A DNA stretch of 63,869 bases, filler included, from Octopus bimaculoides (lineage: Eukaryota), in assembly GCF_001194135.2 (NCBI RefSeq). It is 7 parts of 6 records of this genome, joined end to end, with 100 filler letters (N's around TTAATTAATTAA, not from the genome) between each part and the next. Parts side by side here need not be neighbours in the genome. Positions count along the whole stretch, not along the records: positions 35,958 to 53,930 come from NC_068986.1; 6 more parts are not named here. One strand, written 5' to 3'. The notes below the pieces were generated by a model. That model saw only the letters and a program-made list of their open reading frames with translations. It did not search any database and was not told where the DNA came from. A program made the position numbers and the translations under genes. This document shows positions 38,631-53,433 of the stretch, in pieces. Each line of letters starts with the position of its first letter. The first letter of the stretch is position 1.

Positions 38631-39085
38631 TCGGAAAACTAGATCTTCGTCGACCAACGATGGAGATCCACCACTACCATGGCATACAAAGACATACAAA
38701 ACACACATTTACACATTAAATGCACACACACACACACACACGCAGTAAAAGACATAAGTAGACTTTATACACAGCTACATTTAAAATAATATATACAGCC
38801 ACACAACAACCTACCCGGATACCCACACCCACACAATTACACAAAAATGCACATGCACACTTAACAAATACGTTCACATACCTGCCTATGAACTAATATA
38901 CACGAATCTATGCGTACTTGCATATACAAGCATACCTTCATGCATACAGACATACCTATATACAGGTATATATACATATATTTGGCATGCATATTTGTGT
39001 GTAGATGAGTACATACATACATACATACACACATATATATATATATATATGTGTGTGTATATATGTAAACATACATATATATGCG

Positions 39086-39117
<32 letters not shown>

Positions 39118-39299
39118 NNNNNNNNNNNNNNNNNNNNNNNNNNNNNNNNNNNNNNNNNNNNNNNNNNNNNNNNNNNNNNNNNNNNNNNNNNNNNNNNNNN
39201 NNNNNNNNNNNNNNNNNNNNNNNNNNNNNNNNNNNNNNNNNNNNNNNNNNNNNNNNNNNNNNNNNNNNNNNNNNNNNNNNNNNNNNNNNNNNNNNNNNN

Positions 39300-39345
<46 letters not shown>

Positions 39346-39800
39346 TACGTATATAGCTATATGTGTATGCATATGTACATACATATTTGTGCATGTATAT
39401 ATATATATAAATGTGCGTGCGTGTATGTGTGTGTGTTTGTGTGTCTGGGTGTGTGTGTGCATGTTATAATACACTCGCTTACCAAGTTTGCGTCCGTCGT
39501 CTCCACCGCATTTCAAGCAGTTAAAATTTTACACTACCTAAACCGTGCACCGACTTACCTAAACTAGTAAATACATCTCAACCCACAAACCTGGTGCATC
39601 TGTCTACCTACATGAAGTAGCATACCCCATGCACCCGTCTATATGCAGCTAACTGCATACAATCCGATGTTTCAGTGCATTCACCAAAACATGCAACTAC
39701 TTATCCGCCATCCAAATGATCTACCTGACTTCCTACCTACCTGCCTGGATAATGCAGACATGCAAACATGCAGGCTTAGCTACCATCTATGCATGTTCGT

Positions 39801-39836
<36 letters not shown>

Positions 39837-40155
39837 TATATATATATATGTATATATGAATGTATGTATGTATGTATANNNNNNNNNNNNNNNNNNNNNN
39901 NNNNNNNNNNNNNNNNNNNNNNNNNNNNNNNNNNNNNNNNNNNNNNNNNNNNNNNNNNNNNNNNNNNNNNNNNNNNNNNNNNNNNNNNNNNNNNNNNNNN
40001 NNNNNNNNNNNNNNNNNNNNNNNNNNNTATGCGTATGCATGTGTGACAGTATATATTTAAAACACGTACTGCACACCCACATACACATAAATATTATTAT
40101 TATTATCATGGTGCCAGCAGTTACATGCATCGTTCTCCTAAACCATCAGCTGCAC

Positions 40156-40243
<88 letters not shown>

Positions 40244-40261
40244 GTTGTTGTTGTTATTATT

Positions 40262-40402
40262 AGAGCGGCGAACTAACAGAATCGTTAGCGCGTTGGACGA
40301 AATGATTAGCGGTATTTCGCCTGTCGCTAGGTTCTGAGTTCAAATTCCGACAAGGTCGACTTTACCTTTTATCCTTTCGAGGTCTATAAATTAAGTACTA
40401 AT
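40262..40402 (+). mobile_element. SINE family A copy, 3'-truncated where it abuts the mariner
   Basis: AGAGCGGCGAACTAACAGAATCGTTAGC head and body up to AATTAAGTAC. Confidence 0.8.
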
Positions 40403-40796
40403 CAAACTCAACTGGACTTCTTGTTTGATCTTCATCTTCAAGGCTGAAATCTCCACTTCTGAATTTTGCAGACCATCTTCTGCAAGTTCTTTCATTCAAG
40501 CATTCTTTCTCATAAATTGAGTGTATGTTTCGAGTCGCTTCGGCTGCAGAGTTTCCTTTTTTATACTCATAAAGTATTATGTGCCTCAAATGCTCCTTGG
40601 ATACTTCCATGTTGGAAAGGGTTTTAATCAAAGAAATTTAAATTCCATTATTTTGTAAAATAATATTTAATTAATTTAAATATACACAAATGCATAAAAA
40701 TAATTTTTAATTCCATTAGACATTCTAAAATACTATTAAATTTCATTCAATTTTAAAAAAGGTAAAATCGGACAGAACTTATGGGATGACCTGATA
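40398..40796 (-). mobile_element. Mariner transposon 5' fragment: TIR plus N-terminal HTH of the transposase
   Basis: MEVSKEHLRHIILYEYKKGNSAAEATRNIHSIYEKECLNERTCRRWSAKFRSGDFSLEDEDQTRSP is a typical Mos1-type HTH (ATG at 40610). TA-flanked end TATCAGGTCATCCCATAAGTTCTGTCCGATTTT. No DD34D domain. Confidence 0.9.
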
Positions 40797-41050
40797 TATA
40801 GTGTGTGGTCTGCGTGTTTACAATATGAAGTGGCGGAGGTGTATGTTGGCAGATGTACTTGCAATCTTACGGAGGAAGGGGTAGGTGGGGGAAATATAAA
40901 AAGAAAGAAAAATTCGGAGAGAAGTGTGCAATTGACAATAAAGGAATTGAAGGGGAGATAAAGTGTTGGTTTAATATGAAGTGATAGTGAGGGTGTAAAA
41001 GAGGGAAAATTTACGAAGGTGAGGGGGGAAAGAGCGTGGTAGGGTTTTAA

Positions 41051-41480
41051 TTATTTGTATTTTGAAAATAGATTTAGCGACCGATGTTTGCAGGTGAATA
41101 TTATACTGCTGCGTTCATTAAGACAGCTCGTGGATTGCAGAATAACCAAGACCTGTGCTATGCAGAGATCACACTTGTTATTATAGTTGCTGTGTGGTTT
41201 GGTATGGGTCACTATGGAGCACTTGACAGTGTGAGGAGTTGAATCAAGCGTTAGTTTACTGATAAGTTGAGATAACGATGTACTGTTTGATTTTATTTGG
41301 GACTTGAAGCTGGAGTAGTGGTTGTTCACTATAGCTTTGAAGGTCGTGCTACAAAAGCCGATATAAATGTAGTTGCAGTTGGCAGTTGATACTGTGCACT
41401 TATAAACTATGGTACTTGTGAGACAGCGGTTATCGAAAGGACAGGAGATTGGGCGTCTGCTGCTGCATAGGTTTATAAGG
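41051..41480 (-). mobile_element. Penelope-like GIY-YIG endonuclease domain
   Basis: SCPFDNRCLTSTIVYKCTVSTANCNYIYIGFCSTTFKAIVNNHYSSFK..STSLSQLI..KCDLCIAQ..LNERSSIIFTCKH contains the VY...YIG catalytic motifs and the PLE Cys/His pattern. Confidence 0.85.
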
Positions 41481-42653
41481 GATGTTCCGGATGAACTTGT
41501 GAAGGGATTGCTATTTAGTGAGGAATCGTTGTTAGGTTCGTTAAGATTATTATTTGTTAAGGAGTTGAAGGTGGTGTTGTGGGGTTGTATAGTATGGTAG
41601 TTATTGTGTCTGGTGGTATCCTCTGTATTGTTCTCAATTTTTACAGGTGTTGTTGGGCGTTGTGGTAAATTTAAGGATCGAGTGTATGGAGTTGGGCGTT
41701 ATGTTGAGTTAATTTATTGGGGTGGAGGTTAGCTGGTTGTGGATTTCTGAGTTTCTTGTTGTTAAGATTCCGGATACCATCGGCTATGTTGGTGGTGGTG
41801 GAGTAGGAGAATTTTATAGATTGGGGAGATGGCTTTAGAGAAATTTTTCCCCACTCTTTCTTACTTTCTTAATGCATGTATATTTTCTTTTNNNNNNNNN
41901 NNNNNNNNNNNNNNNNNNNNNNNNNNNNNNNNNNNNNNNNNNNNNNNNNNNNNNNNNNNNNNNNNNNNNNNNNNNNNNNNNNNNNNNNNNNNNNNNNNNN
42001 NNNNNNNNNNNNNNNNNNNNNNNNNNNNNNNNNNNNNNNNNNNNNNNNNNNNNNNNNNNNNNNNNNNNNNNNNNNNNNNNNNNTATATATATATATATGT
42101 ATATATTCTAATTCCACTCTCCTACTAATTATTGCGATTCGGCCCAAAAAGCCCTCTGGATGCCACCTATCAACTAACCGGACTAAAATGTTTCTCTCTA
42201 CCTTGTTTTATTCAAACACGCTTTCTTTCTCCCCCTTGACCAAAAATATCTCCCCACCCTCTTCCCTCTAAATTATCTCTTCTTCAAATACTAATCCCCT
42301 TACTGAATTCTGAAATTCAGCCAAAACAGCTCCATTGGTTAGCACCAGTCAAGTGACCTTCCTTAAATTCCTCCTTTCTCTCACTCCTTTAAATTTTCTT
42401 TGGATTCCCTTCTAATACTTATTTCTCCCTACATTCATGTACTTCTTTCATACTATGCTCTCTACACATTCTGATTGAATCTTTCATACATCAGTATGTA
42501 CATCCTTGCAATAAAGTAACTTCTAATTTATTCAAGATATCCTTGGCCTGAAGAGAAGCCGGCAGTATACACCTCGCTAGAACTTTTTATCCCTTCTGAC
42601 TATATATATAAGATATATTTGATGTCTAATTTACTTTTGCAATAATTGCTTCC

Positions 42654-42723
<70 letters not shown>

Positions 42724-42724
42724 G

Positions 42725-42880
42725 GAATTTGCTCAAAAGAAACAAAAGAAAAGAAGAAAAAGGGTGTGCAAAAAAGAAGCATATGTATTAGTTTAACGCT
42801 CGGGAAATGAGAAAGTCTTTTACGTTTCGAGCCTACGCTCTTCAACAGAAAGGAACACAGAAATAAGCAGTGAGAGAATA
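42725..42880 (-). mobile_element. Short Penelope-like terminal fragment with a minimal hammerhead motif, between microsatellites
   Basis: Reverse complement of 42817-42852 reads CTTT-CTGTTGAA-GAGC-GTAG-GCTC-GAAA-CGTA-AAAG. Confidence 0.55.
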
Positions 42881-43914
42881 TATATATATACGTGTGTGTG
42901 TGTCCACACATGCATATTAAATAGCTCTGGGTCGATACAAGTGGTAACCAAATATTATATTCAAATTAATCGCTTCTTCCTTCTTAGAATACGTATTAGC
43001 TTAAACTTTCTAAGAAATCAAAATTATAAATAAATATATAATAACGAAGTTGAATTTACCTTTCATCCTCCTGTGGATCAATAAAATAAAACACTTGTGA
43101 AGTAGTGGGTGTAATTAAGTATACCATTCTTCAAAATTATTAGAATATAGTATCTAAAATGCCATACTCCGAAATTATTGATCTGTGTTGATGTCAGAAT
43201 TTAATATTGTAATATCATATTGAATAATATTAATTTGATTTACTGAGAAACTAATGTGTGTGTGTGTGTGTATGTATGTATGTGTGAGTGTGTGTGTGTA
43301 TTTATACATTTGCGTACAGATAGTGAAGCATATATATAATACATTAAAAGTCAGTTTAATCTTGCTTGCCTGCTTACAATGTTACTCTGGCAAATTGGCG
43401 CATATTGGGAAAATACTATGAATTTAGTTTACTCTGAATGAAATGTTAACAGGAATGGGATGAAAGAAGTTTCGCGTAAATTGGTGCAGTAGTTATTGAG
43501 ATATTCGGGGTTTAGAGTATAAATACCCAAAACGGTGCATAATGTGAAAATGTTCCTAATTTAACTTCATCCTGAAAGGGAAGACACTCTAACCTTTCGA
43601 TTAAACAGATTTGATAACGAAAAAATACGATTTGTTTTTTTTTTTACTGTAAATATATATACTTACATCCTTCGACAGAGTAACAGAGTAGCACTTGAAC
43701 AGACATACATATCAGTACATAAACATACGTTTACATCTACATACACATATACACACACGCAGACACGTATACACACTTACATACGCAAATGCTCACAGTT
43801 TGCTTTCCATCCTTTCGGGGTCGATTAAATAAGTACCAGTTACGCACTGGGGTCGACGTATTCGTCTTAATCCCATGCCCCAAATTTGAGTCCTTGTGCC
43901 TATAGTAGAAAGGA

Positions 43915-43967
<53 letters not shown>

Positions 43968-44159
43968 TTATGTTTGACTTTTGTTTTGCATTTGTACAAG
44001 TTGTTGGATCCAAGTCTTACCCAGAGACCTCAAGAGACAACAAGTTAGAAGTTCATGTAGGTGTTATGCCTAGGGTACCATATATTTGGATTTGTACAGT
44101 TTTGTTCTAGTGAATGTTTAAGAAACCATAAGAAATTTATGTGTTTGTTTTAAAATTTG

Positions 44160-44228
<69 letters not shown>

Positions 44229-44391
44229 GGTGACAAACTGCAAGTGCCGACGGGGTTGACTTTGCTTTTCATCCTTTCGGCATCGACAAAATAAGTACCA
44301 GTTTACTACAAAATTCCAGACTTCGTACCTATTGTAGAAAGGATTATTATTATTATTGTTATTATTATTATTATTGTTGTTATCATTATTA

Positions 44392-44464
<73 letters not shown>

Positions 44465-44784
44465 CATCATCATCATCATCATCATCATTATTATTGCCAT
44501 TACCATCGTTGTCGTTGTGATAGTCGTCGTCAACATTGTTGCTGTTATGCCTAATGCGGTGAAATGCACGAAATCGAAGTCTGCTGGTTCAAGCCTGAAG
44601 TGGGGTTGCGTATAATAACGGCAACAACAACAGCAACATCCATCCGTTAAATATCTTCGTATTGACATCTCGTTAGCATCACAGGAGAAGCAACAGCAAA
44701 CAAAACAGAGTTGCCGCCGCAACTACTGCGTTATTAACAACAGCAACAGCAACAATAACAATAACAACAAAACAAGTACTACTG

Positions 44785-44847
<63 letters not shown>

Positions 44848-44857
44848 NNNNNNNNNN

Positions 44858-44910
<53 letters not shown>

Positions 44911-45123
44911 TTATTGCTGCTACTGGAAAATCGAGAATTTTCATCCTTCAATTTCGAATCAGAAGGGAAACAACTTCCTAATCAGCTTCTAATTAATGGC
45001 GTATGTTCAATTTACAACTTCCGGTAACCAAACGTACACACTCACACACATACACACACACAAACACAAACACGCACACACTCACACACATACACACACA
45101 CAAACACAAACACGCACACAATT

Positions 45124-45180
<57 letters not shown>

Positions 45181-45735
45181 TTCTCTCTCTCTCTTTCTCT
45201 CTCTACTACTCATATGCTCTCATGTATACACGCAGACATGCCTGCAAACAGCCGGGAGGTGTTCAGGGACACACAGATTCAAAGCAAAGGCACACAAACA
45301 AATAAATGTACGCAATCACTAGCATACACACACATATATACACATACATACATATACTCATCATATACATACATAGACACACATGAACGACACGCAAATA
45401 TTTCAAAACAGAAACGTATCCTTATCAAGCTGAATTTTCCTTGTTATTATTAATCTAATGATTATAGTTTTATTACGATTATTATTGATTTCTGTTATTT
45501 TTGTTGTCGTTTATATACTTTCATATTTTAACCCACCTCCTTATTTATTTATTTATGTTGTTGTTGTTGTTTAACACTGCAGCATCATTGGAGAAAGCGA
45601 CAAAATGTCAATTGTCCACAACCAGTAAACGAAGATAACTCACTTCATTCAGATATCAAGGACTCTGTTTCGGATTCATGCAGTTCCAAGCAAAACTGTT
45701 TTCTATAGACGTCCTACCTTAACATTTACTCTTAA

Positions 45736-46708
<973 letters not shown>

Positions 46709-46737
46709 TTATAATAATAATAATGATAATAATAATT

Positions 46738-47290
46738 GCCCGGATGCAGTACCAAGCAGTGGCTCTCATGGCTTCTGATCTTAATTGATTGGAAGTGTTA
46801 TCATGTACATTGTTTTGTCCTGGTATAAAAAGATGGACTACAGCAAATATTCTGCTTAATACCACAGATTTACTTGTTAGTTGTTTGACCTTAACCAGTT
46901 GAGCATGTCCCTTAGTGGTTGACGATATGTGCATCTCTGATCACGAGCAGAAGTAGTGGGGGAGCATCATAGCCATGTGTTGAGAGGAATTCTTTGGGGT
47001 TTGAATAATTCACCTTTGAAAATATGGGTGTTTCGCTCAACATTCTTAAACAAACCTTATTCAGGGATCTTTTGAGCGGGATGGGCTACTCGACCTGAAG
47101 AAAATTCTAACTGGGCCCCACCTGCCAGGTCATGCGCTGTTTATCTTGATGAGATCACCATGTGGCGCACATATGGTTGTGATGCATGTGCCTGGTGTAC
47201 CCTTATCAGACGGGTAGTCATGATGGGTATAATGGGCTTCATATATTTTACCCCAATGTCACTTAAATGGCATGCACTGCTCTCTCACTC
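46738..47290 (+). mobile_element. ~555 bp (AAT)n-embedded element, copy 3
   Basis: Colinear with 30-583; (AAT)n on both sides. Confidence 0.85.
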
Positions 47291-47362
<72 letters not shown>

Positions 47363-47941
47363 CATGCGTCAGTTAGTGGAGTTATGTCAAACAGCGATCA
47401 CTGCACTACCCTTCTTTACTCACTTTAAACGAGAAATGAAAAAAGGTTGTTTTTTCATGTTTTTTTTTTTATTTTGTCTGGCAACATCTCACAAAATGCT
47501 GTGGTGTGCAGAAAGCTGGAAGGAGTAAAAACTCACACTTAATTCTTCGGTTAAGCCTTCATCGACTTTACCAAGTTTATACTTTGAGAGAAAGTGTGAG
47601 AATGAGAAACCGCACTTACCCATTTAAATTTATTAAAAGGTGCGTGACTGTGACAAAAACGGTTAAGAGGAATGGAACTACTTGATGATGATCGAATTAT
47701 CGTATGCATGTGCCGGCAGAACTGAAAACAACAGGTGAAAAGTTGTACTTGACCTATGTGATGCGAGTGGCGTTGGATCTGTAACGTTACACGATTGCCC
47801 TAACTGGAGGCCCTCTTTCCCACGAAAATGCATCTTCCATGTTTGTTCTTATTTTGATGTATATACATATACATTTATATATTTCATTCTTTTTATCTTG
47901 TACGATTTTATGTAATCCCCCATGCTATATAATCCTTTCTA

Positions 47942-48128
47942 ATACAGGCACAAGGCCTGGGATTTGTGGAGAGGGGGATAGTCGATTACATCATCCCCAG
48001 TACTTAACTGGTACTTGATTTATCGACTCGCGAAAAACGAAAGGGAAAGTCAACCTCGGTGGAATTTGAACTCAGAACGTAGCGGCAGACGAAATACCCC
48101 TAAGCATTTCGCCCGGCTCGCCGCCTTG
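47942..48128 (-). mobile_element. SINE family A copy
   Basis: Family body and reverse-complement head GCTCGCCGCCTT. Confidence 0.8.
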
Positions 48129-48882
48129 CCCTCACTCTATATAATACCTGCCTTTCTAATATCCACTTCACCGTGTAGACAGAATCACTACAGTGTTGTA
48201 AAAATGCCAGCCCGGTTCTTTACTTTCAAAGTTCAAATCACGCTGAAGTCAGTAATGCCTCTCTTTCCTCCGGAGACAATGAAATAAAGTACCAGTCAAG
48301 CATTGAAGTTGATATAATTGACTAACTTCCTCTCCTAAAAAGTGATGGTCATGTGCTTAAATTAGAAATACGGGCATGTGATGGGACCTGTTGTATTCCA
48401 TCCGGTAGTGGTAGTGCTGTTAATGCAGCTGATGATAACGATGATGAATATGATGATGAATATGATGAATAATTTGTTTGTATTGTAGGTCAAAAACCAG
48501 AGAAATTCTTTCGTTTAAGCTATTACCAAAGGCATTAGCAGCGTGACATTGTGATACTAAAAACGATGACATTGATGACATAGCTGAGTCATTTATTATC
48601 TACATTGCACAGGATTCATTACAAAAATAATTAAAAAAATTCTTCATGTTTAACTGATGCAAGTATATATTTGCTCATAAGCAGTTAATTAACTATATAA
48701 ATACGTTTACTGATAGATACAGACCTTTCTCTCTCATTCTATCCCTCTCTCTCTATCTATTAATCTATCTATCAATTTATCTGTACACATATATGAATGC
48801 AGCTATATATATACACACAAATATACATGTGTGTATGTACCTACACATATATGTATACATACACATAGATATGTATATGTAC

Positions 48883-48931
<49 letters not shown>

Positions 48932-49462
48932 NNNNNNNNNNNNNNNNNNNNNNNNNNNNNNNNNNNNNNNNNNNNNNNNNNNNNNNNNNNNNNNNNNNNN
49001 NNNNNNNNNNNNNNNNNNNNNNNNNNNNNNNNNNNNNNNNNNNNNNNNNNNNNNNNNNNNNNNNNNNNNNNNNNNNNNNNNNNNNNNNNNNNNNNNNNNN
49101 NNNNNNNNNNNNNNNNNNNNNNNNNNNNNNNNNNNNNNNNNNNNNNNNNNNNNNNNNNNNNNNNNNNNNNNNNNNNNNNNNNNNNNNNNNNNNNNNNNNN
49201 NNNNNNNNNNNNNNNNNNNNNNNNNNNNNNNNNNNNNNNNNNNNNNNNNNNNNNNNNNNNNNNNNNNNNNNNNNNNNNNNNNNNNNNNNNNNNNNNNNNN
49301 NNNNNNNNNNNNNNNNNNNNNNNNNNNNNNNNNNNNNNNNNNNNNNNNNNNNNNNNNNNNNNNNNNNNNNNNNNNNNNNNNNNNNNNNNNNNNNNNNNNN
49401 NNNNNNNNNNNNNNNNNNNNNNNNNNNNNNNNNNNNNNNNNNNNNNNNNNNNNNNNNNNNNN

Positions 49463-49501
<39 letters not shown>

Positions 49502-49814
49502 CATATGCATGTATGTATCTATAAACATGAATATATATATAATAAGTATCAATAATGATAATCATAAGGATTATTACGAAGTAGCCTAGCATTATCTTTA
49601 ATTCTTCTATGTATATTGCTTTATATAAACCTACTCTCGCTTGATATATACATCATATATATGACGTATTTTCGAGTTAAAGGAAAGATGGAAACGCAGA
49701 ACTTTCCGGACAACCCAATATTAATAGCGTTTACTAACACACCAACCAATAATGACATCTACCTCACAGTCACGGCAAAATGTTTTATCTATTTATTTTC
49801 TTTCATTCTTGTGT

Positions 49815-50038
49815 TCTATTACTTGTTGGCAGTCATTTTACTGCGGCCGTGTTGGGGCACCGCCTCGAAGGGTTAACAGTCGAATAAATCGACTTCAGGA
49901 GTTATCTTTCTTTAACCCTGATACTTATTCTGTCGATTTCTCTTTGCAGAACCGCTAGGCTACGGGGACGTAAACATATCAACACCGGTTGTCAAGCGGT
50001 GGTGGGGGTCAAAAACAGATATAAGCACACACACACGC

Positions 50039-50075
<37 letters not shown>

Positions 50076-50225
50076 ACAGGAATTTTTCGGTTTCCGTTTA
50101 CCAAATCCTCTCTCAAGGTTTTGGTCAGCCCGAGGCTAAAGTATACGACATTTGCCCAAGATGCCACGCAGTGGGACTGAACCCGGAAACATGTGACTGG
50201 GAAGCAAGGTTTTTACCATACAGCC

Positions 50226-50228
<3 letters not shown>
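49815..50228 (-). mobile_element. Complete SINE family C: tRNA-like head, internal (TA/CA)n, tail
   Basis: Head at 50075-50228 and tail at 49815-50030 are joined by a short microsatellite. Confidence 0.85.
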
Positions 50229-50256
<28 letters not shown>

Positions 50257-50329
50257 GGTCATGACTGTCTTCATAATGTCCATCATTGGTATATCCATTG
50301 CATAATTGAATTCAGATTTTCTTAAAAGA

Positions 50330-50606
50330 ATTCTGTTGTGTCTGGGGAGAGTCATTTTCTTTTCGTGCCTTATAACTTAGCACACTCACCGGTAAAATTT
50401 CCACTTATTTCTTATTTTTATTTTCCTAAAATATTCGTTGCGTCTTGCAACTTTTCAATAGTCGAGAGTCAAGACTATTGAAAAGGTTGCAAGACGCAAC
50501 GAACATTTTAGGAAAATAAAAATAAGAAATAAGTGGAAATTTTACCGGTGAGTGTGTTAAATTATAAGCCACAAAACGAAAATGACTCCCCCAGACACAA
50601 CAGAAT
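50330..50606. repeat. 277 bp near-perfect palindrome (fold-back or MITE-like)
   Basis: ATTCTGTTGTGTCTGGGG...TTTTCAATAGTC-GAGAGTCAA-GACTATTGAAAA...CCCCAGACACAACAGAAT; arms of about 134 bp with a few mismatches. Confidence 0.92.
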
Positions 50607-51479
50607 ATGTTTCAACACACGAACTCACATAAATAATCTTGCAAACCAAATCGATAAGCGAAACTTAAAAGAATTACTATTTGGCTTTAATTTACTTCCC
50701 TCTCAGCTCCACAAATTAACATCACCCGCTCATAAATAAGTTCAATATTAGGTCACTTCGTCATCATGTTGCGATCACTCAATTTCCGGCAATGAACTCG
50801 AAGAATGGAACTCTAGTTCCACATTTCTCAAGTAAAACATTTTGTTGACTATGACGAAAGTTTTGTTGACTGAAACGTCCAGTGACTGTAACATCAATTT
50901 TTAATAGTTGAGGTTAACTGCTCATTTAGGTTTTAATTACTGAGTGGGCGCGCTAAGCAATGATGTGTAAAATGCAATTTTATCACTAATTCAAATATGC
51001 TTGTGGCGCAGCGAGCCGATAAGAGAGAGCGTCTCCCCCGTCTGGTTTCTGTGACTGAAGAGAAGATAACTACTCTGAAATGTTTGCGTCCTACAGTTTG
51101 TATAGGTGATGCTGCGAGTTGATTTAGGTGTATTTACATCATCTGTCTACAGCGAGAAATGTTCCCCGTGAAGAAAAAACAAAATAAAACAAAAAAAAAA
51201 CAGTGAATAATTTGCTTACGAGTTTGGACGTGCCACTAGTATATTTGAACTCGTAATAACATTGCATTTAAGTTTTAATTGTCCTAGGATTTCCTTGTTG
51301 CTCCAGACTTGTAAACTTGAACTTAATCCCATACTAGCGACGCTGCCTTCTTCAGACTACCTAAACGCTGTAACCATGCTCTCTCCTTTATCCGCCCCGC
51401 TTCTTGTAAAGAACACAGCATAGAATAATTTTCTTGGGCTTTGTTTTTGTTTAAACAGCAGTAAATATGAAAACTCAAT

Positions 51480-52000
51480 GCGGTTTACCCAAAACTAAGC
51501 GTAAGGTTATACATACCGTACTGGTTGTTTCACGATATTTTCAAGAGTATTGATTGACGGCACATTTCATCTGTATGGCCTGTTAGCCCTTGTTCACTGT
51601 ATATTTCCATCCTAGCATTTATCACGTATTTCTGAAACTCCGGGTATCACGTTGATACTTTCCAAGCATCTTTTGTATCGCTTTCATCTTTAATCTTATG
51701 CTTAAGTTATATATCTTTATGTAATAGTAGCACAAACACGAAGATCTAGCAAACTTATCTTCACATATATTTCTCTTAACAGCCAATAATCTTTCTCTCA
51801 CACATCACGTTTGCTGGGTCTATGTACCCTATACTTACTCAATTGTATATCTATATATTTAAGATTTTCTTCGGTTAAGAGAATTTTACGTTTGTATTAT
51901 AAAGGTCATATTTTTGTTCCTTGAATTCTTTGGTGTTTTCTCCATTGATGAAATATATTTTCGTTTAGTAGTGGGCCATACTCTTTTACACAGGCTGTCA
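51480..52000 (-). mobile_element. Possible highly decayed RTE-like LINE fragment
   Basis: Weak segments INGENTKEFKE and LENIVK in the order expected for the RTE thumb region; many stops. Confidence 0.3.
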
Positions 52001-52701
52001 TGATGTTTCGCATTATCAGTACCAAGAGACAGTCACTGTCGACTTACCTAAAAGGGAAGTTTTCTAGTCTTTACCAATTCTAAGAAAGGTTATTGAGAAT
52101 TGAGAAGACATGTTGCGTTCAAACCTCAGAATGACAACACTGCTAATTAATTTAGTGTGAAATATCATTTAAGTAATAATGATAATGATAATAATAATAA
52201 TAAAAATGAAAATAATGATGGTGACGACGATGACGACGACGACGACGATGATCATGATGATGATAATGATGATGGTGATGATTTCTTTTTATAAAACATT
52301 GACGGTAATATCAAAGAACGGGATACACACACGTAGGGTTTTCATTGATCAAAGGAAGATACCGCAAAAAGGATACAAAAATAGAATTTAGAAAAAATAA
52401 CAATAATGACAACAACAATAATCTCTAAATTTGGGGACTTCACTCACTATTTTGAAGTGTTGGAGAGTATTCGATACCATCGGTACCAGTAAATGAATAA
52501 TAATATTATCCTATCTACCAGAGATGGCAGGTAAACTTCGACGGGATTTGAACTCAGAATTGCAAAGGGCTGTAATTATAGTACAGCAATAAATTCTTCT
52601 CCAATGTGTAACGTGTCTATATTTTCGCGAAACCAGAATGCGGAGGACAAAAATTTTAATTTACACTAATGACAATGATTTTTATTTTCAAATACGGACA
52701 A

Positions 52702-52827
<126 letters not shown>

Positions 52828-53388
52828 TAATAATAATAATAATAATAATAACAGCAACAACCACGATGACGGGAGATGATGATGATAATGATGATGATGA
52901 TGATGAAGATGATGATGATGATGACGATGACGACGGTGATGGTGATGATGTTGATGATGATTATGACGATGGTGGTGGTGGTGACGATCATCATCATAAT
53001 GACGACGATGATGATAATGAAAGGATAGTGTTACAAGCAAAATGGCTAATTCTCGGAACCGATGGGAAAACACATACGTTGGAAATAAACGGCACCGTGC
53101 TGACAAATATCAGAAAATATTCCGGCTCAGGGTGCGCTGAATCTTCTGGTTGAAATTGGTATATTGGTTCACATGGGAAATTATCACGAATTCGACCTAA
53201 GGTCAGCTACTAATATATTACATATATATATGTATGTATGTATATATGTATGTATATATANNNNNNNNNNNNNNNNNNNNNNNNNNNNNNNNNNNNNNNN
53301 NNNNNNNNNNNNNNNNNNNNNNNNNNNNNNNNNNNNNNNNNNNNNNNNNNNNNNNNNNNNNNNNNNNNNNNNNNNNNNNNNNNNNNNN

Positions 53389-53433
<45 letters not shown>

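Noticed and set aside
53078-53150. Possible minus-strand micro-exon (AG acceptors near 53100 or 53146, GTATGT donor near 53078)
   Set aside because: Splice-like motifs only; the 22-residue peptide is unrecognisable and no partner exons were found.
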